DNA of 32,000 bases from Anaeromusa acidaminophila DSM 3853 (GTDB lineage Bacteria > Bacillota > Negativicutes > Anaeromusales > Anaeromusaceae). This document shows positions 1 to 7,554 of the stretch, one piece after another (the first letter of the stretch is position 1; the number at the start of each line of letters is the position of its first letter). Under the pieces are notes generated by a model. It had not been told where the DNA came from and ran no database searches. It saw only the letters and a program-made list of their open reading frames with translations. The stretch is from assembly GCF_000374545.1 (NCBI RefSeq), contig NZ_KB894589.1, positions 39,221-71,220 on the forward strand, given 5' to 3'. A program made the position numbers and the translations under genes.

Positions 1-642
1 ATGCTGGTGGCGGTTAGCGGCATTAATCAAGAGCGAACGGAAGATAGCTTAATTTTATATAATCATTTTAACGGCGATTCAACAGGAACCAATGATTTTG
101 GAGCCGAATATGTGCTTGTCAAAGGGAAAATTGTAAAAATCAATAAAGATAAAGGCAATACGCCAATTCCTGAGGGCGGTGTCGTTTTGTCAGCTCATGG
201 CAAGGCCATGGCAGCTTTTGGCGGCTTGAAAGTTGGAGACGCAGTGGAGTTAAAGCAGAGTTTAGGCAATCTGTGGGATCGGGCGGATGATGTGTTAGGA
301 GCTGGACCGACGCTTGTTCAAGGCGGTCAAGTGTATGTTACAACCAAATTAGAGAAATTTGGAGATGACGTGGCGGCCGGCAGAGCGCCTCGGACAGCCA
401 TTGGCCGGACTAAACAGGGCAAGGTACTCTTGGTGGTAGTTGACGGCAGGCAGCAGAAAAGTATTGGTATGACATTAACTGAGATGGCAATCTTGATGCA
501 GGAACTGGGAGCGGAGGATGCTATGAATTTAGATGGCGGCGGTTCCAGCGAAATGGTAGTAGGAAATGAAGTGATAAATCGGCCGTCGGATGGTCGGGAA
601 CGCTCTGTAGGGGCGGCATTGGCCATTTTTCCTAGAAAGTGA
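1..642 (+). CDS. phosphodiester glycosidase (NAGPA/DUF2233-like) family protein, C-terminal part; the true 5' end probably lies upstream of the window
   Basis: Frame 1 is open from base 1. Motifs GPTLVQGG, RTAIGRT..G.VLLVVVDGR and MNLDGGGSS are typical of this family. Confidence 0.6.
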   Translation: MLVAVSGINQERTEDSLILYNHFNGDSTGTNDFGAEYVLVKGKIVKINKDKGNTPIPEGGVVLSAHGKAMAAFGGLKVGDAVELKQSLGNLWDRADDVLGAGPTLVQGGQVYVTTKLEKFGDDVAAGRAPRTAIGRTKQGKVLLVVVDGRQQKSIGMTLTEMAILMQELGAEDAMNLDGGGSSEMVVGNEVINRPSDGRERSVGAALAIFPRK

Positions 643-659
643 ATGTTTTATAGGAACAT

Positions 660-687
660 TTGCAGATAAGCGGAAATAAGGTATAAT
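660..687 (+). promoter_or_regulatory. candidate sigma-A promoter for the 740..1051 gene
   Basis: TTGCAG (660-665), 16 nt, TATAAT (682-687), about 50 nt upstream of the ATG. Confidence 0.4.
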
Positions 688-739
688 ACAGATAAGGTAA
701 CCGTAAACGGTTTTTAAGGCACAAGGAGGTGCGTGAAGT

Positions 740-1051
740 ATGATAAAAAACAACAGAAAGTGGCTTTGCTGGACAACGTTGGCATTAGTGCTGTTATTGG
801 CGGTAGGGACTGTTTTTGCAGCAGGTGTGGTAGATCATAAGGCCGTATTGTCGGGGCGCGTTTCAGGACAGGATTTAGCCAGCGCAGGACAGGATGTTCG
901 CGAGGGAGATGTTCTGGTACGTGTTGAGACAGTGGCAGGTGCGCAGCCTGCTGTAAGGGCCGCTGTGAACGGGGTTGTCAGGGAGGTATTGGTGCGACCT
1001 GGCGATACGATTCAGGCCGGCAAAGTGGTTGTGCGAGTTGAACGCAGGTAA
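740..1051 (+). CDS. small membrane-anchored protein with a lipoyl/biotinyl-like hybrid-barrel domain (function unknown)
   Basis: ATG preceded by AAGGAGG (723-729). N-terminal hydrophobic anchor WLCWTTLALVLLLAVGTVFAA. C-terminal GDVLVRVE...NGVVREVLVRPGDTIQAGKVVVRVE pattern. No (A/V)MKM biotinylation motif. Confidence 0.6.
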   Translation: MIKNNRKWLCWTTLALVLLLAVGTVFAAGVVDHKAVLSGRVSGQDLASAGQDVREGDVLVRVETVAGAQPAVRAAVNGVVREVLVRPGDTIQAGKVVVRVERR

Positions 1052-1076
1052 ATAAAGAGAGTGAGAGGACTCAATT

Positions 1077-2924
1077 ATGGTGATTACCTTTAAAAAAATG
1101 GGAGCGGCCCTGGCGGCCGCCTTTTTCTTCTGGAGCTTTTCCGCATTGGCGCTGGCCGCAGATATTATGCCTGTAGGCGATGTGCGTCCAGGTATGCAAG
1201 GCATTGCTAAAACAGTAGTGGCTGGGACGGATATTGAAGAATTCGGCGTAGAAGTTATCGGCGTACTGAAAGACAAGGGGCCGTCTGGAGATCTGATTTT
1301 AGTACGTACTTATGGCGATGTCATTGATCGCACCGGGGGCATTGTGCAAGGGATGAGCGGCAGTCCAGTCTATATTGACGGTAAGCTGGTTGGCGCTATT
1401 GCTTATGGATGGTCCTTGACGGATCATCGGGTTGGCATGCTGACTCCCATTGGGGACATGTTGAAATTGTGGGATTCGAAGCCGACTCCCCAAGTGAATC
1501 AGGCGACTACTGAAGAAAAAAAGAACAAATTGTCTGGAGAAACGGGCAAAGCGGGTGAAGAGCAAGCCTTGGCGATGAGCGGCTCCTTACGTCCTCTGGA
1601 TACGCCGTTGATGGTAGCTGGCTTTACGCCGCAGGCGCTTAAATGGCTGGGTGAAAAGGTGAAGCCTTTGAACTTGGTTCCTTTTGCTGTCGGCGCTTCG
1701 CCTGAAAATGCCGCCTATGGCTCTTTGCAGCCTGGCAGCGCTTTAGCTGCGGAACTGGTGCGCGGCGATGTTAGCGTTGGCGCTATTGGTACGGTGACTT
1801 ATGTAGAAGATGGAAAAATACTTGCTTTTGGCCATCCTTTTTTGCGCCGTGGCGGCAGCAGCTATTTTTTAAGTCAAGCTTACATTTTTACTACTGTTCC
1901 TAGCTTAGAAAGCGGTTTTAAACTGGGATCCGCCGGTCCGATGGTTGGGAAAATTGCTCAAGACAGAGGCGCTGGCATTGCGGGTGAGGTAGGGGCGTAT
2001 CCCAATATTGTACCTGTACGCGTCCATGTATTGGATAAAGATTTGCAACGGCAGCAGGATGCTGGCTTGCAAGTCGTGCAGGATGAAAAGCTGACACCGC
2101 TTTTGACTACGGCTGCCGTGTACAATGTAGTGGATAAAACCTTGGACCGTCAAGGAGCGGGTACGGCTAAAGTGAAATTTGAAATTTCTGCGCCTGGGGT
2201 TCCAGGAGACGTAGTGGTGCGCGAGAACATGTTTTATAGTCCGGCTAATATTGGTGAAACCGCCATGGGAGAGCTCTTTGAAGGGTTGAATTTATTGGCT
2301 GGAAACTCATTTCAAGCATTGACTTTATTTGATGTAAACGTGCAAATTGAAGTGGAAGAAGAACGAAAAACAGCGGTGATTATGCAGGCTAAAGCTGTAC
2401 AGCCTACGGTAAAGCCCGGAGAAAAAGCGCAGATTCAAATTACGTTAAAACCGTATCGAGGCGAAAATATTGTTCGTACCGTCAATTATGAAGTTCCTAA
2501 AACGCAGCCGGAAGGAAATTTGTCGTTGTTGGTGCGTGGAGGCGGTTCCATTCCGATCGCGAAGCTTATGGAGGGACAAGGGAACCTGTTGCTGGAACTC
2601 CTGCAGAAAAAGCGCACTCGCACTTTGGAAGAAGAAGTGAAACGTTTTACGGAAAGCGATCGAAATAACGATATTGTTGTGGAACCCGCTCCGTTGGAAG
2701 AAGACATGTCTAAACAGGGGCCCGGATCCATGCAGGCGAAGAAACCGCAAAACAAGGCAGCCAAAGCAGAAGAACCGATCGTGGAGAAAAAAGACAATAA
2801 ATCCCAAGGAAAACCAGGCTTGCTCGGAGGGAAAGAGAAGAAAGACGACAAAGGCAAGTCTAAAACCATGACAGACTATATTATTGACGGCGATACTATG
2901 GTGACGTTGCAAGTTAAAAAATAA
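1077..2924 (+). CDS. secreted S55 (SpoIVB-type) serine peptidase domain protein with a Lys-rich C-terminal tail
   Basis: Signal-like N-terminus (AAAFFFWSFSALALA). GMSGSPVYIDGKLVGAIAYGW serine-protease core as in SpoIVB/S55. K/E/D-rich low-complexity region near the C-terminus. Confidence 0.75.
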   Translation: MVITFKKMGAALAAAFFFWSFSALALAADIMPVGDVRPGMQGIAKTVVAGTDIEEFGVEVIGVLKDKGPSGDLILVRTYGDVIDRTGGIVQGMSGSPVYIDGKLVGAIAYGWSLTDHRVGMLTPIGDMLKLWDSKPTPQVNQATTEEKKNKLSGETGKAGEEQALAMSGSLRPLDTPLMVAGFTPQALKWLGEKVKPLNLVPFAVGASPENAAYGSLQPGSALAAELVRGDVSVGAIGTVTYVEDGKILAFGHPFLRRGGSSYFLSQAYIFTTVPSLESGFKLGSAGPMVGKIAQDRGAGIAGEVGAYPNIVPVRVHVLDKDLQRQQDAGLQVVQDEKLTPLLTTAAVYNVVDKTLDRQGAGTAKVKFEISAPGVPGDVVVRENMFYSPANIGETAMGELFEGLNLLAGNSFQALTLFDVNVQIEVEEERKTAVIMQAKAVQPTVKPGEKAQIQITLKPYRGENIVRTVNYEVPKTQPEGNLSLLVRGGGSIPIAKLMEGQGNLLLELLQKKRTRTLEEEVKRFTESDRNNDIVVEPAPLEEDMSKQGPGSMQAKKPQNKAAKAEEPIVEKKDNKSQGKPGLLGGKEKKDDKGKSKTMTDYIIDGDTMVTLQVKK

Positions 2925-2930
2925 TATCAG

Positions 2931-2980
2931 AGGCTCCTAGTGTGATCAGCAGATAGCTGGCTTGCGCTAGGAGCCTTTTG
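2931..2980 (+). terminator. putative intrinsic terminator after the S55 gene
   Basis: AGGCTCCTAG (2931-2940) pairs with CTAGGAGCCT (2967-2976) and is followed by TTTTG. The loop is long (26 nt). Confidence 0.5.
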
Positions 2981-3003
2981 TATGGTCCGGAACGGAACGC
3001 CGA

Positions 3004-3088
3004 GAATAGAACAAAAGTCTTGAGTAGAAGCGGGGAGCATGAAATGGGGAGATTTTCGTATTTTCCTTTTCTCTTCCCTAAAAAATTC
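3004..3088 (+). repeat. degenerate copy of the dispersed intergenic repeat family (arm, GATTTTCGT core, weak inverted arm)
   Basis: GAATAGAACAAAAGTCTTGAGTAGAAGCGGGGAGCATGAAATGGGG aligns by eye to the arm at 20479-20523. It is followed by GATTTTCGT (compare GATTTTTCGTT at 20530-20540) and CTCTTCCCTAAAAAATTC. Confidence 0.4.
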
Positions 3089-3163
3089 ACCGTGTTGGCA
3101 GGGAAGTGCGCCTTCTATATGGAATTATAAAAAATTGGCAAGTAGGCAAAAAGGAGGCTGCGC

Positions 3164-3940
3164 ATGGTCGAAGAATTTTTTGGGGCGGTTGGTCGGTCCG
3201 TGTTAAGCGCGTCCGCGCGTTGCGGCCGTTTTAGCCTATTGGCGCTGGATGCGTTTGGACAACTGGTAAAGCAGCGACCTAGCTTACGACATACGCTGCA
3301 GCAAATGGCGCATTTGGGAGTGAACTCTTTGCCGATTGTCATGTTGACGATGCTGTTTACGGGCATGGTTATGACGGTTCAGACGGCTAGTGAGTTTATT
3401 AAGTATGGAGCGCAATCGTCGGTTGGGGGCGTCATTGCCATTGCGATGGGACGCGAACTTTCACCGGTTTTGACCGGCGTAGTGGTAGCTGGTCGTGTTG
3501 GCGCGGCCATTACGGCGGAAATCGGCTCTATGAAGGTAACCGAGCAAATTGACGCTTTACGAGTGATGGCGACAAATCCAGTGGCTTACTTGGTCGTGCC
3601 CCGGCTATTGGCGATGGTTGTCATGCTGCCGATGCTTGTGGTATTTGCAGATTTGATTGGAACGATTGGCGGTTATTTAGTCGCTACTTTCTATGCGGGC
3701 ATTGGTTCACAGACGTTTTTGAATTCTATCAAAGTTTTTGCAGTGGTAAATGATGTTACCGGCGGTTTGGTGAAAGCAGCTTTTTTTGGCGTGATTATCT
3801 CTTTGATGGGATGCTATAAGGGGTTGCATGCAAAAGCTGGCGCCGAAGGAGTCGGCAAGGCGACGACCGGTTCGGTTGTCAATTCGATTATCTTAATCTT
3901 TGTGAGCAATTATTTTCTTTCACTGCTTTTGTATCGCTGA
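3164..3940 (+). CDS. mlaE: MlaE-family ABC transporter permease (phospholipid transport)
   Basis: AGGAGG (3152-3157) 6 nt before the ATG. Polytopic membrane protein with the MlaE-type segment GRELSPVLTGVVVAGRVGAAITAEIGSMKVTEQIDALRVM. Confidence 0.9.
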   Translation: MVEEFFGAVGRSVLSASARCGRFSLLALDAFGQLVKQRPSLRHTLQQMAHLGVNSLPIVMLTMLFTGMVMTVQTASEFIKYGAQSSVGGVIAIAMGRELSPVLTGVVVAGRVGAAITAEIGSMKVTEQIDALRVMATNPVAYLVVPRLLAMVVMLPMLVVFADLIGTIGGYLVATFYAGIGSQTFLNSIKVFAVVNDVTGGLVKAAFFGVIISLMGCYKGLHAKAGAEGVGKATTGSVVNSIILIFVSNYFLSLLLYR

Positions 3941-3953
3941 AACGAGGTGGCCT

Positions 3954-4748
3954 GTGGGCGTAGGAGAACCTATAATTCGCATGGAAGATGTCAATGTCCA
4001 GTGGGATGGGCGACATATTTTGCGCGATGTTAACTTAGAAATTCATAAAGGTGAGATTTTTGTCATTATCGGCCCTAGCGGGTCCGGCAAAAGCACGCTG
4101 CTGCGTTTGATTATTGGCTTGGCTAAGCCGACGAGCGGTCGTATTTTTGTATTAGGAGAAGATGTAACGCAACTGGACGAAGAGGCTATGAATCAGGTTC
4201 GTTTGCGTATGGGGATGGTCTTTCAGTATTCAGCTCTATTTGACTCGATGACCGTTGGGGATAATGTAGCTTTTGGGTTGCGCCAGCATACGGATATGGG
4301 AGAAGAGGAAATTGCCAAGATCGTCAGCCGCAAGCTGCGCATGGTAGGCTTGGTTGGGCGGGAGGATCTGCTGCCAGGTCAACTGTCGGGGGGCATGAAG
4401 AAACGGGTTAGCTTGGCTAGGGCTATTGCCAATAATCCGGAAGTCGTTTTGTATGATGAACCGGCAGCAGGCCTGGACCCCGTGATGACGGAAAAGATAG
4501 ATCGGCTCATTTTAGGGGCGCGGCGTATGACGGGGGTAACGTCGGTGGTTGTTACCCACTACATGAACAGCGCTATGAGGATTGCAGATCGAATTGCCAT
4601 GTTGCATGAAGGAAAAGTTATTGCTATTGATACGAAAGAGCGTATACAGGAAACGACAGATCCTGTGGTATATCAGTTTATTCATGGAATGAAACGGCCA
4701 GGGACGGCCGCCATGAGGAGGATGTTGAGTGAAGGCAAGTACGAATAA
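3954..4748 (+). CDS. mlaF: MlaF-family ABC transporter ATP-binding protein
   Basis: Walker A GPSGSGKST, signature LSGGMKKRVSLARA, Walker B VVLYDEP. GTG start at 3954; the alternative ATG at 3981 is not excluded. Confidence 0.9.
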   Translation: MGVGEPIIRMEDVNVQWDGRHILRDVNLEIHKGEIFVIIGPSGSGKSTLLRLIIGLAKPTSGRIFVLGEDVTQLDEEAMNQVRLRMGMVFQYSALFDSMTVGDNVAFGLRQHTDMGEEEIAKIVSRKLRMVGLVGREDLLPGQLSGGMKKRVSLARAIANNPEVVLYDEPAAGLDPVMTEKIDRLILGARRMTGVTSVVVTHYMNSAMRIADRIAMLHEGKVIAIDTKERIQETTDPVVYQFIHGMKRPGTAAMRRMLSEGKYE

Positions 4749-6018
4749 CACGGAAGTGAAAGTAGGGGCTGCTACGATAGCGGCCGCGGTATTGCTGGCC
4801 TTGATGATTATGTACTTGGGCGGCTTCAGTCTGACGACGAAAGGCTATCCGATTCAAGCCGTATTCAGCCAGGTTGGGGGTCTTAAGGACGGAGCTATTG
4901 TTCGGTATGCCGGCGTAGATGTAGGACGCGTGCAGTCAGTAGAAATGACAGCCACCGGCGTTACTGTCAATTTGCGTATTTTTGATCATGTGCGCATTCC
5001 CAGGGGATCCGTGTTTACCATTGCGTCGGAAGGGCTTCTGGGGGAAAAATACATAACCATTTTGCCGCCGAATCAGCCCAGCGAGCACAATTTACGCCCT
5101 GGTGAAGTGGTAGTGGGCGCTGAGGCCCAGGGGATTGATTCGGTTATGGCTTCCGCCGATAAAACGATGGCGGAAATGAGGACGTTGCTGGCCCATTTTA
5201 ATGACTTAGTGGGGGATCCGGCGGTAAAAGATTCTTTAAAGCAAGCGCTTTTGCGTTCAAAGGCAATCGCTCAAAATATGGAAGAGCTTACTGCTGCGCT
5301 TGCTCGGATGGCGGTGCAGAATGAAAGTGATATTCGTACTATGGTTGGAAACCTACAGGTAATGTCGGAAAATCTTCGCAATTTGTCTGCCCGCGTAGAT
5401 ACCATGGTGGCTACGCTGGATAATAACGGTGAAACCGCTAGAGATGTACGAGAAATGCTGCACAATATGAAAAATGCCAGCGCGAGAATTGAAAGTATTG
5501 CCACCTCACTGGACGGGATTGCAAGTGATCCGGAAACAAGTCGTAATATCAAGGCAACCTTGCGTAATGCCAGAGAAGCCAGTGAAAAGGCTAATCGGAT
5601 GCTAGGAAAATTTGACTCGATGAAGATTGGCGGGGATGTCGATTTCTTTTACAACCCGGAACAGCGGAAGTATCGCACCGATATTGATTTTCGCCTAGAT
5701 ACTTCGGAAAAGGATTTTGCTTTGCTTGGATTTTCCAATTTGGGAGAAGGAACGAAGACTACCTTGCAAATGGGACGGCGAAATGGCGAGCTTGATTTTC
5801 GGGCAGGTTTGATGGATAGTAAGATGGGAGTGGGTGTCGACAATCATTTGAGTAAAAACTGGATTGTTTCCGTGGATGCCTATGATCCTAATGACTTGCG
5901 CTGGAAGCTGCGTAGTCAATGGCGGATTGCGCCGCAGACTTGGCTGGTTGGGCAGACCGATAGCGCTGGTAAAAACACGAGAGAGAGCACCTATGTTGGC
6001 GTTAGGACTTCTTTTTAA
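4729..6018 (+). CDS. mlaD: long-form MlaD (TM anchor, MCE domain, long helical region, beta-rich C-terminal domain ending in Phe)
   Basis: GTG start 8 nt after AGGAG (4716-4720), overlapping the mlaF end by 20 nt. N-terminal TM segment. MCE core YPIQAVFSQVGGLKDGAIVRYAGVDVGRV...LLGEKYITI. C-terminus ...STYVGVRTSF. Confidence 0.85.
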   Translation: MKASTNNTEVKVGAATIAAAVLLALMIMYLGGFSLTTKGYPIQAVFSQVGGLKDGAIVRYAGVDVGRVQSVEMTATGVTVNLRIFDHVRIPRGSVFTIASEGLLGEKYITILPPNQPSEHNLRPGEVVVGAEAQGIDSVMASADKTMAEMRTLLAHFNDLVGDPAVKDSLKQALLRSKAIAQNMEELTAALARMAVQNESDIRTMVGNLQVMSENLRNLSARVDTMVATLDNNGETARDVREMLHNMKNASARIESIATSLDGIASDPETSRNIKATLRNAREASEKANRMLGKFDSMKIGGDVDFFYNPEQRKYRTDIDFRLDTSEKDFALLGFSNLGEGTKTTLQMGRRNGELDFRAGLMDSKMGVGVDNHLSKNWIVSVDAYDPNDLRWKLRSQWRIAPQTWLVGQTDSAGKNTRESTYVGVRTSF

Positions 6019-6041
6019 AGAAGGTTCTTCCAGAGAGAGCA

Positions 6042-6071
6042 TTGACAAGCACGGAAAAACCTTCATATAAT
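6042..6071 (+). promoter_or_regulatory. sigma-A promoter upstream of tolC
   Basis: TTGACA (6042-6047), 18 nt, TATAAT (6066-6071). Confidence 0.65.
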
Positions 6072-6080
6072 GAGGAAGTT

Positions 6081-6106
6081 ACATTTTGACTGGTCAGTCA
6101 AAATGT
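6081..6106. promoter_or_regulatory. perfect 12-bp inverted repeat (operator-like site or 5'-terminal RNA hairpin) just downstream of the tolC -10 box
   Basis: ACATTTTGACTG (6081-6092), GT, CAGTCAAAATGT (6095-6106). The arms are exact reverse complements. Confidence 0.6.
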
Positions 6107-6168
6107 AAAAAATAAAGGAAATACAATTTGGTTTATAACGCGGCTTGGGATATAAAGGAGGATGCAAG

Positions 6169-7458
6169 GTGCAAAAAAGGAGAAAATGGAAAAAAGTTAT
6201 GGCGGCAATAGTTATGAGCGGCTTGTTAAGCGGGCAATCGGTTTGGGCCGCTGATGTCGATTTGACACTGCAGGAAGCGATTGAAAAGGCGCTAGCTACA
6301 AATCCAACAGGACAAATGGCCTTAGCGGATCAGAAAAAGGCTGAAGGGTTGTTACGGCAGGCGAAAGCTGGGCGGATGCCGGTCTTGAGCTATACGCATC
6401 TTGATAGCCGCCGGGGCGGCAATTATAGCGCTGGTTATAATGAATACTTGTATGACAACACAGTTACCTTATCGTTACCTCTTTACACCGGCGGACAAGT
6501 GGAAGGATCTATTGATCAAGCGAAGGTGGGGGTGCATTCTGCGAATGTAGGCGTGGAACAGGCTTGGCAGCAGATGAAACTTGACGCAACAACTGGATAC
6601 TATGATGTGTTGCAAGCCAGCAATATGGTTCAAGTGGATAAAGAATCGGTAGATCGTTTGGAAGCGCATTTGAAAAATGTGCAGGCCCAGTTTAATGTCG
6701 GTACTGTGGCTAAGTCTGATGTTTTGCGTTCTGAAGTAGAACTGGCTAATGCAAAGCAGACACTGATTAAAGCGGATAATACCTATGAGGTAGCTGTGTC
6801 CTCTTTGAATAATGTAATTGGCTTGCCATTGGAAACAAAAATAACGTTAAAAGAAGAACTGACCTATCAGAAGTATGAACAGTCTATGGTTGACTGCATC
6901 GACTATGCTTTAAAGAATCGCCCGGATGTACTGCAGGCTAAAGATTCCTTGACTTCAACTGTTAAGGGAGTGCAAATTGCGCAAAGCGGCAAGAAGCCTA
7001 CGGTAACATTGTCTTCTTTATACGATTTTAACGATGAATCTTTCCCCGGGGACAACAATACCAATTGGCGCGTTTACTTTACGACGAACTGGAATGTATT
7101 TGATTCCGGCTTGACGGATGCAAAAATTAGTCAGGCTAAGGCGTCGGTAGAAAAAGCGCAAGAGCAACTGCGTAAGACGCGCGATGCCGCTCACTTGGAA
7201 GTGCGCCAGGCTTACTTAAATATGCAAGAAGCGGAAAAACGCATTGATACGACGAAGGTGGCAGTTGTACAAGCCGAAGAGGATTATAAAATTGCCCAAG
7301 TTCGTTATAGCGCAGGCGTAGGCACCAATTTGGATGTAATGGATTCACAGGTTGCGTTAACCCAGGCGAAAACTAACTATATTCAAGCTTTGTACGACTA
7401 TAATACCAGTAAGGCGAAATTGGAAAAAGCCATGGGGATTCCAGTGGTTCGTAAATAA
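6169..7458 (+). CDS. tolC: TolC-family outer-membrane channel protein
   Basis: GTG at 6169 lies 7 nt after AAGGAGG (6155-6161), so the ORF-track start at 6145 is probably too early. Signal peptide ...GQSVWAAD. Two-repeat TolC/OEP architecture (LQEAIEKALA.NP..., NVGLPL, ALKNRPD, ...YDYN.SKAKLEKAMG). Confidence 0.85.
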   Translation: MQKRRKWKKVMAAIVMSGLLSGQSVWAADVDLTLQEAIEKALATNPTGQMALADQKKAEGLLRQAKAGRMPVLSYTHLDSRRGGNYSAGYNEYLYDNTVTLSLPLYTGGQVEGSIDQAKVGVHSANVGVEQAWQQMKLDATTGYYDVLQASNMVQVDKESVDRLEAHLKNVQAQFNVGTVAKSDVLRSEVELANAKQTLIKADNTYEVAVSSLNNVIGLPLETKITLKEELTYQKYEQSMVDCIDYALKNRPDVLQAKDSLTSTVKGVQIAQSGKKPTVTLSSLYDFNDESFPGDNNTNWRVYFTTNWNVFDSGLTDAKISQAKASVEKAQEQLRKTRDAAHLEVRQAYLNMQEAEKRIDTTKVAVVQAEEDYKIAQVRYSAGVGTNLDVMDSQVALTQAKTNYIQALYDYNTSKAKLEKAMGIPVVRK

Positions 7459-7554
7459 AGGCAACGATGTTGACTACGTCTGGCGGCAATTGAAATACCT
7501 AATGTCGGCGAAGATGTGGATAATATGATGATGTTTGGAAAGGAGGGGACGAGT

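Noticed and set aside
2445-2912. Three overlapping ORFs (two on the minus strand, one + strand alternative frame) over the 3' end of the S55 peptidase gene.
   Set aside because: They are produced by the purine-rich (AAG/GAA) low-complexity segment encoding the Lys/Glu tail. They have no start context and nonsense-like composition.
3095-3121. A candidate mlaE promoter, TTGGCA-15 nt-TATATG.
   Set aside because: The spacer is too short and the -10 box is poor. I could not find a convincing sigma-A promoter in the 2981-3163 gap, so none is reported.
6145-6168. N-terminal extensions implied by the ORF-track starts at 6145, 7516, 12013, 12816, 18247, 18701, 21527, 22435 and 23997.
   Set aside because: In each case an internal ATG or GTG lies 5-10 nt after a strong AGGAGG-type site. 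It also gives the expected signal peptide, lipobox or family N-terminus. The longer versions overlap upstream genes or begin at rare TTG codons with no RBS.
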